Made by a program: the position numbers and the translations under genes. Below are positions 12,749-26,800 of a stretch of DNA of 64,000 bases, in pieces. The DNA is from Glycera tridactyla (lineage: Eukaryota): the NCBI GenBank assembly GCA_965644265.1, contig OZ286469.1, positions 38,688,001 through 38,752,000 of the forward strand. Reading direction: 5' to 3'. The notes beneath the pieces are model-generated. The model worked only from the letters and a program-made list of their open reading frames with translations, made no database searches and was not told where the DNA came from. Every line of letters starts with the position of its first letter. Positions within the stretch are counted from its first letter, which is position 1.

Positions 12749-13282
12749 TAATCAATAATGACTATAGATCTTGAATCAGAGTCAAAATTCTATTAACCGG
12801 GCACTTTATTATGGGTGACAGATATAACATGATTGTCTCAGTAAAGTTTTATATTTTCAATCTATTAGACAAATTTTGATATAAAATCAAATATAGAATG
12901 GTCAGACCTGAACCCAGAAAGAATGTCATCAGGACCAAAATAAGCAGAGATATTTAGATTTGAGTTTGAGACCAAGCTTGGCAGGAAGACTGGAGACCGT
13001 GCTGGGATTTCTGGTGTATGACTTGTCCAGGGGAGCTCTCTCTCTTGCCCCCCCCCCCCCTCCCAGCTGGAGGTCACTGTTGCACCTGCCCTGATCACAC
13101 CTTGAAAGACCCCACCAAGAGACCACATGCCTGCCTTCTGGACTACCCACATCCCTTCAAATACAGTGAATAGGTGTACCTGATACATAAACAAATACCA
13201 GGAACAAATACCAGTAATAGGGCGTGTGAATTTGAATGAAAATTTCCGAGCAAGTTGGTCTATTTGGCAGAATAGAGTATAT

Positions 13283-13448
13283 ATTTGAACCTGCTCAAGT
13301 GACCAAATCTGTTCAAATGTCCCTTGTCTACAGAGGCCACTCTTATCTGTGACCATGATACTATCTAAACAACCTCTACAAAGACCACCTGTCTACGATG
13401 ACCACATTTCATGCAACGGTGGTCGTGTTGTAGACAGGTTTGCCTGTA
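13283..13448. mobile_element. pogo-like MITE (ctacaaagaccac subfamily)
   Basis: tttgaacctgctc ... tagacaggtttgcctgTA; a related piece lies at ~9622-9716. Confidence 0.5.
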
Positions 13449-14578
13449 CACTGTCCTTTGATCAAAAAGATATTATTACAGTGTGTGCATCACGTGGCCC
13501 AGCAAAAACCTGGTGAATAATTTGAAGATGGCAGCTTCTTGATAAGTAACTCACAAATATCAGAAGTCTTCTTTGTCAGGTAAAAGCATCAGAGTGATGA
13601 ACCCTCAGTGTTTGAATAGTTGAAAATTGGATCCAAATTTTGATGGAAAGTGATAAGTGAAATACCAAAGGTAGTGGTGGAGGGGGAAACTTAGAATCTC
13701 TCTCAAACTGTCATTGGTACAAACTATCACAACTACACACGGGATGGTGCTGCGAAAATTCATTTCAACATGAATGTTTGTCATTTAATGAAGATCTATT
13801 GGACTGCACCAGTGTATGACTTGTTTTTTTCCACATTAGTCTTCAAAAATTCTGACCATTTGACTGGATTACTTAGATTGTAATAAAGTAAAGAATGTCT
13901 CTATGATCTCTGAAACCTACAAAACAGATTTTTCTAAATTGATTGCTGCACCTCACTTCAATAACAATGACAATGACAAAAATTTCATTTTGACAGATAC
14001 ATGGTATGGCAGTAAAAAAAAACATATTTCAAGAATAAGTGGTTAGACCAAAGGCCTATACTTTCATCCTCCTACCTGTATTCATACTGTTGTTAACTAA
14101 ATATTCTAAAAAAAATGGCATGTACATGATATAACATTGGATAGGTCTAGAACCAGCTATTGTTAATGGCTGAAATTATTACATTGTTTTTCTAATGTAC
14201 ACTCTGTATTGTTCACTATATTTCTACAACTGTACACATAAACATGCATCAAAGATTAAAAAAAAATTAGTTTTAAAAACCTGTCTTGTTTCTAAGAATT
14301 GTTCCTATAACTCAACATTCCTTACAGTTATACAGAAACCCAGAAAGGCATGACTGAATAAGGCACATAATAATGGGTGAGATATTTTCTCAGTAATGTA
14401 GAGGTGCATCGATGGGGTTTGAATTTCAGATCTTAAGGTTATCTTGGCAATCTATGGTGATAGTTTGTGTAACCTGATAAATGAATGTCATATAAAAATT
14501 CTCGGAAACAATGAACACTTCCTGAAAGAAAGGATCCAAAGATGAGTTTATCTCTTCTAATTCTGTTACCCTGAGTCT

Positions 14579-14708
14579 CCCTCCCTCCCACCCAGCCTCT
14601 TTGAACATCTGTCTGTCTGTCTGTCTGTCCGTCTGTCCTGTCAACCAGTCTGGCTGCCTGCCTGATCTCTCTCTCTCAATCCCTATCCCCTTCCGTCACT
14701 GTCCCTTT

Positions 14709-14751
<43 letters not shown>

Positions 14752-15014
14752 CCACTCAGTGAAAAGACTCATAGATATGGGTCATTTTCGAGGTAAGATC
14801 CCTCCCGCCCGGGCCTCCCGCCCTGCCTCTTTGAACATCTGTCTGTCTGTCTGTTCATCCCTCTGTCTGTCCTGTCAACCAGCCTGGCTGCCTGCCTGCC
14901 AGATCTCTCTCTCAATCTCTCTCTCTCTATCTATCTCTCCCTCTCTCCCCTTCCCTCTCTGCCTGCCACTCAGTGAAAAGACTCATAGATATGGGTCATT
15001 TTCGAGGTAAGATC
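14579..15014. repeat. Tandem duplication of a ~215-bp microsatellite-rich segment
   Basis: Both copies carry gcctctttgaacatctgtctgtc ... gccactcagtgaaaagactcatagatatgggtcattttcgaggtaagatc. Confidence 0.9.
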
Positions 15015-15614
15015 TTCACTTACTTTCAAGGTCACCAAAGAAGCTCTTGACCCTATTCTCCACGAGCATCTCCATGGTCGCAACAGATACCTAGCCCGAT
15101 TATTATCCAAATATCAAATGATATGAATATCCGCCAAAGTCCACATAGGCAGGAAATGGTCAATCAGTATGTGAGTAGTAGTGGTTCCAGCAACTCCACG
15201 TACGATCTACATCTTAACCACGCTGGTATCCCGGTAACTTGCTCAGCTGTGATTTCATCCAGCGCCCGCCCGATACCTTCATCCGAGCATTCCTGGCAAA
15301 ATCCTGCTCCTAGGAGATTTCATCGCAGCAGCGGCACCATGTGTCCCTATGTTGAATGTTGTCGGGACCTATCTATCAATCCAGACTAGATAAACATGCA
15401 GCGAGGGGTTATTGACGCTCTATGTTTGTAGTCCCAGATAGCACGGTTGACCTGTTCACCAGCCGTACATGTAACCCCAGAAGGGGAACCCGCAAGCATG
15501 CTTCATGTTAGGTTTGAACCTGTTGAGTATGTATTACGCACTGCATCCAATATCATGAACGTGACCCATACAGGCTCCGCTAATCTATTGCAACAATACT
15601 ATGGAAATTGTGAG

Positions 15615-15772
15615 CAGTGGCTGATACAGGGGGGTGCCCATGGGGCCCGCGCCCCCCCCCCCCTTTCAGCCTGACCATAGCCTTTTATTTATTCTTTTAT
15701 CCACCCCCTCCCCTCCACTTCGGCATGTTGGGTGCCCCCCCCCCCTTTCGGAAAGTTCTGGATCCGCCACTG
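15615..15772. mobile_element. hAT-like MITE (CAGTGGC..ATCCAG termini), 5-bp TSD GTGAG, inserted at the end of a family A copy (to ~15968)
   Basis: cagtggctgatacagg ... ctggatccgccactg, with GTGAG at 15610-15614 and 15773-15777. Confidence 0.75.
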
Positions 15773-16891
15773 GTGAGAGCAGAAACCATTTACCATAGCC
15801 CAACCATCAAAGAGAGACCCCCTCCCCAGGGGCAGCCCCACCCAGGTTAACCTCTACTAAGTGTGCTTTGCTATTTGACATATTCAAATATACCTCTGAT
15901 GAGAAACTACTTCTTTCATGACACCTCTTAGGTGACATTTAGGACATTTTTTTTCTGACAGGTTCTGTATTAATTACATGTTTGCATGCAAATAGAATGC
16001 ATATATAATGAAGACCTTGACATTTAGTTCAAAAACGTCTTGTTAGAACTCATCCAGTTGGCAATTTTACCTACTGTATTCTCCCTAATTTGTGCCCCCA
16101 AATGCTTGCTCATTCACAAAGGGGACAGGCAGTTATTTGTCCAAGGTGTCAAAAATCGCCAATGGGTGATAAATGAGTATTCTAGTGACTCCAGATATGG
16201 CGATAAAAGATTTCCAACAAAATGCCCATCGTATAAGTGAGAGCCTGAGCATTGTCATTGTACATGCATAATTATGATTAATGTGAAAATAGTCATATTT
16301 GGAGGTGAGAAACACTGGAAATGATGCTTGAAAATGAATGGCCAGTGGCCATTTTGTAAACACTTTCTCATGAAAGCATGTAGAAATCTGTTGCAATTTC
16401 TCTGTCAAAACAAAGATGAAATATATGATGATAAAAAAGGTGAATACCCATCATTGATGATTTGGGTGCGAAAGTGTTAATTGAAACGGCATTAAATCAC
16501 TGGATATGTCTAAAATGCAAGCAGTGGCCTATTTGTGTATTGCCTGTCAAGCACTATCCAGAAAGAGAGATCGTCTGGGCAGAGGGCGATGATAGGGGTC
16601 GGGCGCTAATCAGGGAGAATAAGGTAATATCAAGTTTGACCACTGTATGAGTCTTCTCTAGTGATGGGCTGATGGTTGGGTATATCTGATGAGAGGGTGA
16701 AATTATTCAGAACACTAGTCCTCAACTGCAAATATTTAGAATCGATGTGATCAGATCTTTTTTTTCACTAATGACTGGTGCACAACCCAAAGTATATAAG
16801 TATATCACGAGAATTTGCAAAATCCATCAGCCTAGAAATGCCGCTTCATAAGGGTAATTACTTTGTATATTTAATATACACGTGACAAATT

Positions 16892-17067
16892 CATGGCTCT
16901 ACATTGCAACTCATGGCTAGCAAATGGTCACCAAATTGACCCTCTGCTACCATTCTTCAAAAGATAGTGGGCAACAGCACATACAATTTTGAGAGGTTGT
17001 AATTGACAATGTATTAACTGGCTACCAAAATTTGACTCCTGGATATTGTGGCCAACATGGAGCCCTG
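16892..17067. mobile_element. CAGGGCTC-type hAT-like MITE
   Basis: Homologous to 62492-62701; ends ggccaacatggagccctg. Confidence 0.55.
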
Positions 17068-17143
17068 CTATTCAGCTTATTTGAGTAAAGCGCAGAGTGC
17101 ATTAGCGGAATTTGAGACATTTTAATTTCAATCTTCAAATTTA

Positions 17144-17596
17144 CCACTCTCCCAAATCCCGGAGAGAGTGAATTTGGTTTCAGCGGAGTTGAAAGACCAA
17201 ACTCACACTCTTGATAGGAGAGTCAAAATTGTTCAGTTGATTAGAAAGTGATGCAACTGTTATGAAGACACTACAGTTTTGACTTCACCGAAGAAACACC
17301 CTATTTCCTACAAGATGACTTTGCATATACCTGCACAAGTTTGAACCTGGCTGAAGAATAAACCTCAACAAAAAATGGGTTGGTGGTACTTAGCTAGTAA
17401 TTCACATGACAGATGAGTTGGAATTCATGTGTCGATAAGGCGCTCACTCACATCAATGGCTTTACTCTCAAGATAGCCTAGTTGGAGCTAGTTTACCTAT
17501 TCAATCTTTTTGGACTAATTTGGGAGAGTGAATTTATTTTTGGGAGAGTGTTTCTTCCTGTCTGCCCTCCCGATGGGAGAATGGCTGAAAGAAGTG
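17144..17596 (+). mobile_element. Repeat family H, longest copy (Helentron/HINE-like architecture)
   Basis: Subterminal inverted repeat cactctcccaaat / atttgggagagtg and a 3' mini-hairpin ctccc-gat-gggag. Homologous pieces at 4680, 5780 and 53990. The superfamily assignment is inference. Confidence 0.5.
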
Positions 17597-19167
17597 TTTC
17601 CTGAAGACTGTGATATTTATGAACGGACCACTCTTGAGCATATATTTCGTGAGAGATTCAAACCAATCATTGCTTGTTCTGGCATGACCAATCGTCCTCG
17701 TCCTCGACTGCGAGAATGCTACCAATTTCCACAATTCATCCTTATAGTCCCTTCTCTATGACTCCCCTGATAGGAGTCAATGAGCCTCTCAGGTAATGAA
17801 TGCAAGCTATGATTCTGAAGAAATGATAGAGGGTTTTTAAGCTGATATTGGCAAGAAACTGAAAGAGAGAAATAAGCCTTCCCACATTGACTAAAATGAG
17901 AGGCATCTGATATCAAAGTGAAAGGAAGATGAGATAGTATGAAGTGATGAAAATTGAAGGAAAGAAAAAAGGAATGAATTGAAAGAGTAAAAGATAGTAT
18001 GAGAGAGTGTGAAATTCTTCTTCATGCTGCCAGCGTAGAACGGCCTTTGTAATATTTTGTGAAACCTATGCCAATATTCAATATAATTATCCAACAAATA
18101 GCCTTTATCATCTCAAAATTGTTCTAACTTGAAAATGCCCCATTGAAACTGTCTACTTCAAGAACTATCAGAATGATGATTAGTCTTTCACAAAGATCGA
18201 CATCCTCACGGTTGAGGCACACTTGAAATCCCAGCATCATGCCATGTGCTGAACGGCACACAGAGTTGAAAAAAGGGCGCATGCAACCATACATGAATAT
18301 GATGTGCCCAAAAGCCACATGCAATTTAGCATACTTCGATAAGATAACATGTTTTGGGCCAAGTAAAATCAAAAAATTATGCATGGAAACTGCATCAATA
18401 TGCCCCAAGGGCCAAAAAAAAGGGTCTGTAATAAGCAAATCCCTGGCATTATGGAATCACTCTGCTGTATATGTTGCCGAAATTCTCCAGTGCCGGAAAA
18501 CATCGGGATAGTGCAAGATTCAAGCAGATTCAGTCCCACCCTTCATCTGTAATTAGGGTATGTGAGAGTGAGGTCTGCGAGGGACAACTGTTCTCGGGCA
18601 TGGATAATTCCATCCACTCATATATGCCATCAAAGCCCAACCCACCAAAAATGACCCCTCTGGTTTTTAAGCTATTTCTTCACCCTGAAATATGGGATGC
18701 TGACAAGCTTATGCTGTCACGTCTCACAGATTTATGAGGAAATACTCTATGTCAATAATTTGAGCTACAGATATGTAACTACCTTTTAATCACAGTCATC
18801 GAAAGCTCATTATCAAGAGGCTATTCACCTGGATATGCGGATTAAATGTTTCTCTATATGTTTCTCTGATATCAGACAGGTACCCTCAGAAATAAATGTC
18901 AGTTCACTCACATTCACTTCTCAGCTTCTCGGGAGTTTTTTTCTCACATCGTAGCCACACAAGAACATTGCCACTGATCATGTCTTCAGTTTGTTGACAT
19001 ACGGTTTTCATCTAAAGCAACTTCGGTAAACTGTCAATAGTACCGCACTTACCAGCTTCTGAACTATTCAAATGGATGAATGTCTCGAAAGCAAATGTTG
19101 GCAGAATATCAACAGATAAACTCTTTCCATTCTACTTTGAATTTGACCTTTCAATGCCCAAAATGTA

Positions 19168-19661
19168 TTCAGTGAAACCTCGAATGCAAGACCACCCTGA
19201 CAGAAATTTATCTACAAAAAAAACAAGTCAAACCTCACAGGGAGTTTTTTTAAATAGGCTTCCAAAAAATTGGTCTCTTAGAACAGGTGGTCTCTACTTA
19301 GGGGTCCTATCATCACAGGCTACACTATATACATCTCAGAACAGTTAAACCTGCAATGAGAGGCTACCCAAAATATCACCAAAGAGTGGTCTCTCTTTCA
19401 CGAGTCAAATAAAGGAAGCTAACCTGAGAGAGTGGTCACCTATCAGAGATGGTCTCTTATTTGTGGGTCTCACCATAGGAACCTGTGGAACCTGTGACAA
19501 GAGCCCCTATAACAAGAGACCACCTTCAATGTGAGACCACTTTTTCTTGGCAGCTTTTTTATTTGACTATGTCAAATATACCTCTGACATGAGACCACCA
19601 CTTTGAAGAGACCACTTCTTTGTGACATTTAAGGTGGTCTCTGGTTGCAGGTTTCACTGTA
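19168..19661. mobile_element. Cluster of three family A MITEs or fragments
   Basis: cagtgaaacctcg.. (19170), cagttaaacctgc.. (19341) and gaacctgtgacaagag...tatttgactatgtcaaatatacc...gcaggtttcactgTA (to 19661). Confidence 0.65.
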
Positions 19662-21671
19662 CTGTTTATCAATCTGGCTTGCTGTATGAATTCAAATCTC
19701 TGTTTAATGCTCTTTCTTTTTTCTCTGCTCACATTTGCTTTTTGTAACCCAATTTCAGTACTCTAATTACTATGATTGTAAAAATGAATATCAAACTGAA
19801 TAAAAAACTGGATACAGATAAGTATGACTCTCAATTAGATCTCTTTTTTATACTGTAAGATGGCTGGTTGCCATGACAACATAGGATATTTGTATAGTCA
19901 CTAATCATACCAGTGTGTAAGTAAGCAGACTGATAAATGTCATGTTGAGAAGAAATTCACAAACATGAATGTCAAGTTTGAAAAGTAGAGCATANNNNNN
20001 NNNNNNNNNNNNNNNNNNNNNNNNNNNNNNNNNNNNNNNNNNNNNNNNNNNNNNNNNNNNNNNNNNNNNNNNNNNNNNNNNNNNNNNNNNNNNNNNNNNN
20101 NNNNNNNNNNNNNNNNNNNNNNNNNNNNNNNNNNNNNNNNNNNNNNNNGGCTATAGAATAATCTGAACTAAATTACCTGAAATATATGCATAGACTAATT
20201 TGATACCAAAACTATGGTCATGTTCACCGAGGGCTGATGAAAGGGTTTGGGTGAATCTGGAAAGCTTCCCTTCACCAAAGCTCACTGTGAGTACCGAGCA
20301 ACTTCCCTAACTCGAGTTATTAGTCACGACTTACCCGGAATACTATATTTTCTCTAATTCTCACCAGAGTGTAAAACTCTCACACATAGTTCTATCTAAA
20401 TTAGTATTATTCTGTACATGTCCTACCAAAATCTGTCAAATCCAAGCGCAATGGGTACATTTCACATGCTCAAAACATTTGTCATCCAATTTTGATTTTA
20501 ATATGGCATTAACGGATTGTATAGCACTGATGACAATCATCAGAAAATATTCCAGATTATCTTCTATTTTTTTTAAGGACAATCCAACTTGATTTTATTG
20601 CATTTATGCTGCAGATCTGCAAACATGATGAGCTGATTTCCCAATGAATATGGCTACTGCCAACTCTAGATGAGTTGGAAATTGACATATTTGGTTCAGC
20701 ATTGAGAAATATACAAGTGAACATCATGATCGCATTTATTTTTGCCGGAGATGTCACAATTTTTTTTCTCGTGATTTTCATTTCGATCACAGCTTGAACT
20801 GATCATACGAGGATGAGAAATGTACAAATCACATTTGATCTCGACAGACTACCTGATGTCTACCAACAACATCTAAAAAAAATATATATCGGCTTCATCA
20901 ATTTTGGTGGCTGGGTCCCAGGGTCTCGGGGGTGATACAGTGGAGTATTTCACGAGGTAGTGTGGTCACTTCCCTGATATCACAACATGCGGAATGATAG
21001 GAATGGAGTCCTGAACGATATGAGGGAATGAAGCTTTTGAAAAAAAAATTGAGAAAATAGGCACAAAAGTAGGATCGATATGTTCTGAGATATTCAGTAG
21101 AATTTGATGCAAAAAAATGATTCAAAACTCAAATCCCATAGTATGCAATACTATTGGTCCACCCGATTAAAGCTGGGGCAACTCTGAACTGAAGTTCAGT
21201 TGAAATTAGTGACTTTGGTGGTCACTTGATTGGCTTTATCACATCAGATCACATCACATTTGCGAAGTGCTACATTGTGATATTCAATATATATATATAT
21301 GAGAAAGTGGGGTCATTTGACTTCATATTATGTGTTCATAATGGGATATAAAATATCTCAAAAATAAATTTGGCAGTAGGTTCTCTGGACATATAAATTG
21401 TTGCACAATTTTCATGTTGGAAATTGGGATGTCTGTTCTTCATATGAAGGAGTCAATATCTCTCCCAATTTCTGAAATTATCTTTCATATCATCGGGACA
21501 TGACACTTCCAAATGGTGCCCCGGTAGGTGAACACTGATGCAGAGGAGGGTTTCGATCAAAATATTCGGGCGAATAAGGAAAAAAATAAAGTGATCACTG
21601 GAATGCCTCCAATGGTACGAGGATGAAAAATTCGACCTACCTGCTGCACCTAATAACCAGCAGACAATGTA

Positions 21672-22030
21672 TACAAATTACCGAGAGTTCGAGAAAAAAA
21701 TCTCGAACAACATTATTTACTGTGACATTGTATTCTGAAGTAAACTGTAGAAATGGGCAACGTGGATTTAGTGCGATTTCACAAGACATACAAATTACCG
21801 AGAGTTCAAGAAACAATCTCGAACAACATTATTTACTGTGACATTGTATTCTGAAGTAAACTGTAGAAATGGGCAACATGGATTTAGTGCGATTTCACAA
21901 GACATACAAATTACCGAGAGTTCGAGAAACAATCTCGAACAACATTATTTACTGTGACAGTGTATTCTGAAGTAAACTGTAGAAATGGGCAATGTAGATT
22001 TAGTGAGATTTCACAAGACATATAAATGAC
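21672..22030. repeat. ~116-bp tandem repeat x3
   Basis: tacaaattaccgagagttc...gatttcacaagaca units start at 21672, 21789 and 21905. Confidence 0.95.
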
Positions 22031-23099
22031 CAGCATTAACTATATATAAGAATCACTGTATCAACTTACATATTATCATTGGAGTTTGCATAGTACATAT
22101 ATACAATTTCATCAATCAGAATCAGAAGGCGACTATGGTCATGGCATTAAAATCCTATAAATCAATCAATTTGACATCATTCTCACACTTGTCTGACGCG
22201 AAACATATTTGGTGTCTATTCATCTAATCATCAATGTTCTACACCAGTTTACTGAATCGATGTTCAGTTAGACCTCAAGAATTACAATTTTCTATCCGTA
22301 TGCGGAATTGTGGCCAGCTTTTTTCCCCTAATCATCAGCTGAAACATGAACTGACGTACATCATTTAACTAAAATATGTGCCAGTGGTGAACAATGAGGC
22401 CGTCTAAGAGGGAAATTACCACATCAACAATGGGATTGATAGATTGCTTTGAATTTGATTGCATGTATCAAGTAGGAACGTTAACAAATCATTCATCCGA
22501 GAAATGAAGCAGTCATGGTGCTTTACTAGACCTGAATATGAAGAAATCATCAGATATTTCGATATCATTTCCATGGCAATGGATGAAAACTGATATCGAC
22601 CATCGGGAGCTTTGCACTAGTCATCAGGCGATAACAGAGTAGAACCTGTGATGAGAGACCCCAAGAGAAGACACCTCCAAACCAGAGACCACCTGTCTGG
22701 TGAGACCTCTTTTACCTATTATTTCAGCAGATCTCTCATCAGAGCATTCAATTTAACTTAAGAATGTAGTTTAGAGCTTAGAAATGGTTTGCTGAAGTGT
22801 GTGAGACAATTCCCATGATAGTTGGGACTATATTCTGAGATATTCTAGGGTCTACACCCAAACTTGTCCCAAGCCCTGTTTCAAATCACTGCTTAGAAGA
22901 GACTTGACCCAATGGGTGCTGGATGCATTGTCAGCATTCTACATTTACATTGATAATCACACATTCATTCATACCACACTCAAGTTGGCCGTGAACGCAA
23001 TCCACTCAGTATATGTATATATATAAATGTATGTACAACTGGAGGGTAAAGTTAAGCGTAGAGATTTTCAGGTAGATGCGCAAAAATTCAGCCTCGAAA

Positions 23100-23300
23100 T
23101 GAGGTGTGTCTGAACTGTCAGCTACTTCCACTTGACAACCGGTCTGGTTCCCCATCATTTTTTGTTCAGGGTGTGTGTGAGTGATTCCTGCCGAGGACAG
23201 AATATCAAGCTTTCACTGACCAAGAACACATGGCATTTATCATTCTTTGGGTTGATGCATACTGTTCAAGTTCAACTAATCAAAATACAAACAGACAGCC
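23100..23300 (+). mobile_element. SINE-like family S copy (+)
   Basis: gaggtgtgtctgaactgtcagctacttccac...; ends in a caaa-rich tail. Confidence 0.6.
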
Positions 23301-23556
23301 TTGAAATGCAGAAAGCAGACTGGTGCACCAATCAAGGTGTGTTTGGCACTGTTAAAACAGACACGTGTGACCATCGAAGCCTGTTAAAGCCAGTTTATGT
23401 AGGGGTGTTGTTTCTTATTACAGACTTTGTCAATATGTGGTTGACTGCTTGTTGCATAAGCATCCAGCTCATTGCAAGGACCCATAAATGTAATGCATTA
23501 CCTCTTAGTTGAGCAGTTCAAAGAGCTTTGAGTGTAAAACGTGACACCAGACTGGT

Positions 23557-23825
23557 GTTTGATTGATTGATTGTTTGTTTGATGTATAATGGCATGTACA
23601 GACCCAAACGATCATGTATGCCAAGTGTTCCTGGTCAATCAAATCTAGATGTTCTCACCCCTGCAAACATCACTCTCACAAACCCTGGACACAAGGTGAT
23701 GGAGAACCTGACTGAAAGGTTGTCTAGTGGAAGTAGCTGACAGTTCAGACACACCTCTAACTATGTAACGCGAACATGGTGAGTCTTGATCCGACATATC
23801 TACTGGACTGGCGTGCTAAGAAGCA
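23557..23825 (-). mobile_element. SINE-like family S copy (-)
   Basis: Reverse complement shares gaggtgtgtctgaactgtcagctacttccact with 23100 and ends in an (AAAC)/(AATC) tail. Confidence 0.6.
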
Positions 23826-26800
23826 CCATATACATAACAGGAATACAGTGAATCATGATAAAATATCCCCCTCAACAGACATAACATATTCACATATTCA
23901 ACAGTCTAATTCAATCAATTACCAACCAGAATCACCATAAAAGCATAAATAAGTTCACAGCTCAAAGTGGTAAGATGTGATGACTCATTCAATATTCTCT
24001 GGTACAGAATGTAATTTGCATGGAACACATCAAAGATTGTCCGTAGAAGGTATTGCATTTTACTTGAAAGAAATATGGTACCATTTTTCTTTTACAGGCG
24101 ACTGGTTTTGCATAAATAATGATGAGTATTCAGAATATGGAATGGAAACCATTTTGATCCAATAGCAGACAGATCTGGGGCCTGCATTCAACAAATGATT
24201 TTGACACAAATATGGCTGATTCGAAAAATTGTATCTAACTATGTCACTCCATCTGGTGGTGGTGTGAAGCATCTAATAGAAACTAGTGAATACAATATTG
24301 AATGCATATTTGTGAATGGTAGAGTTGAAAGTTGATGAGAGAGGTGGGAAGGAAAGTCGAGTTCCTGAGATAAGTGAGGTTTTGAGAGACTGCTCAAGCA
24401 AGACTTTGAGAGATTGTTTCAAAGACAGTTTGATGATTCTTCCCGAAAGTGAGTGAAAGACAGAGAGGGGGTGAAAGAGAGAGCAAGAGCCACAGAAAGA
24501 GACACAGACAGATGGACAGACATAGTCAGAGAGGGAGAGAGAGAGAGGCAGAGAGGGAGACCGAGAGAGAGAGATAGGAAGAGAGAGAGAAAGAGAGAGT
24601 GAGATAGACAGTCAGACAGAGAGCGTGTGTGTACATTTATCTACCAAACTAGATGCATGCTCGAAACAAGTCTATCCAGATTCAGTACACATCTTCATTA
24701 CAATGAATACTGTAATAAATGTAGAAAATAATGACTGAGAAGTTCTCCGCATATGAAAGACCCATACACGTGATCACTTCTAGGAAAGAATAGAAAAAAA
24801 AAGATGGACGAGTGTCTTCATTCAAAAAAGTTCAGACACGTGAATTGTATCAAAAAGTATAATTGTCATCAAAAAATAAAAGATTCTGCAGCGCTGTCTC
24901 AAAGAAATATCATGAGTTCGAAATTTTGAGCATAACACATGCACACACGTGAGAATGGTATACGGCTGGAATTGAGAGATGGGAAGATATTTCAAAAACC
25001 TGCAAGCCGCCCGAAATAACATGCTATTCATTGTCTATATAGAGGTGTCCACACATTAACGGAAAGAAAGGCATTCGCTGTAACAAGTAAGCACATTTCA
25101 GCCAATTAGCCAACACACACCGCATGCATACCGACACCACGACTGCAGTTTGTGATAAGCATAAATCTGCTCTCCATGTTTCACATGTGTGTAAAATTAA
25201 CACCTGCCCACCTTCCTGGGGCTAGTGAAATCAACATGTGGACCAGTGAATGTCATTATTTCATTCTCCCACTAGCCCATGAAAAATTCATTGAATTCAG
25301 ATCTCATACTGCAAGGCAATTTGTCATTTGCGACAAAATATACACAATTTTTTTAAAAAGCTCTAACATGGATTACTGTATATTTTACACTAACGTACAT
25401 TGCAGATAGCTGCGACCCTAAGTGTGAGCTGTTTCCAGCAATCGCAATGAGCCAGCAACTGTAAAATGTCAAATTCACACACTGGTTCACATTTGATTAT
25501 TTTCTGAAATTTCTAATGTTTGAACACCTGAATAATGAGCTCATACTATCAATTATATTGACTGATTGAGTACGGCTTAACATCTCTTCATTCCAGGCAG
25601 GATTATCCAAGAATGAAGTTATGATCAGTTCTAAATCTTATAGTAAAAAAATATTTGAATGAAAAATTGTTCATTTTTAATTTTTTTTCTTCAAATTTTT
25701 CAATACATCATCTTGAAAGAAACTATTGGATGAATAATAGAGCTGTCATAAGATGACAGACCTATATTCATACATACAGGGAATGTCATTTTCAACCATA
25801 TGTTCTTTGTATTTGATAGAAACTGGCTGCTTTACAATGCTGCAAAATATGAGTATGGAAGTGTGATATGATATATAAAACATGCCAGTCATTCGAACAT
25901 GAATTTTGCAATTCAGTCATCACACGACGTCACTTTTAAGAGAGCAGCAGCATAATATATAGCATCAGCAATGCCATAGCAATGACAAATATCATCATGT
26001 GAACTTGCATCAAATGAAGGGTGAACAAATCCGGCAACCAAACAATTGGAAACTCATGCAGTAAAATGAATCCTAAAAGGATAGAAAGAGAGACAGAGAA
26101 ACCAAGATAATTGAGATAGCTACTTATCAACTACAAATACTTCTCCCCCCCCCCCCCCCCCCCTATACCAGGTAAATTCTAGGTACTTTCCTAAGACTTG
26201 AAATAAACAAATAATTCCTTTAATTGGGGTCAATGTCTTGTAAGGATGCAAGAACGGTTTGGATGGTATTTTACAATCGACATATTTCATCTATCAATCT
26301 ACAGTTATTCACTATTCTATGTTCAACTAAATATACTTCTGATACTTAGAAGAAAATGGCATACACGTCATCTCACTAAAATGCTCCGAATAAATGCTAG
26401 TAATATTTTTTCCTCATTGATTTATAACAATTCATATGATGTGATGACCTATCACTGTCATCTGATACTTAAAATGGCCACAATTGGACAGGAATATGTA
26501 AATTAGTCTCATAATATCTATATCTGCATACAAGCTGAGACTACTTTCTGACACTATCACCACTCAACTGCTATCTTTTAAACACAAGAAGGTAGGTCAA
26601 CCCATTCATGCTCATGCAGTGATTCCATGGTCATTGTCAGTAACTACTTCAGCATTGCAATGTTTTAAGATCATAAACATGGTTCCTTTCCTAATATGAA
26701 ACTAAAATTGTATCAGGAGTTCTTCAGGATCACCCACTGACTATTGGGTCATCTGCTTTCTTTCATGTCCTCTGCAGCAATCTCCAATTTTGTCCACATC

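Noticed and set aside
12220-12774. Three overlapping ORFs of 133-184 aa
   Set aside because: All are translations of the 76-bp tandem repeat.
17890-19100. Several 65-105-aa ORFs as a decayed retroelement
   Set aside because: I could not recover RT, endonuclease or transposase motifs in any frame.
21672-22030. Array as CRISPR-like
   Set aside because: Units are near-identical over their full length, with no repeat-spacer alternation.
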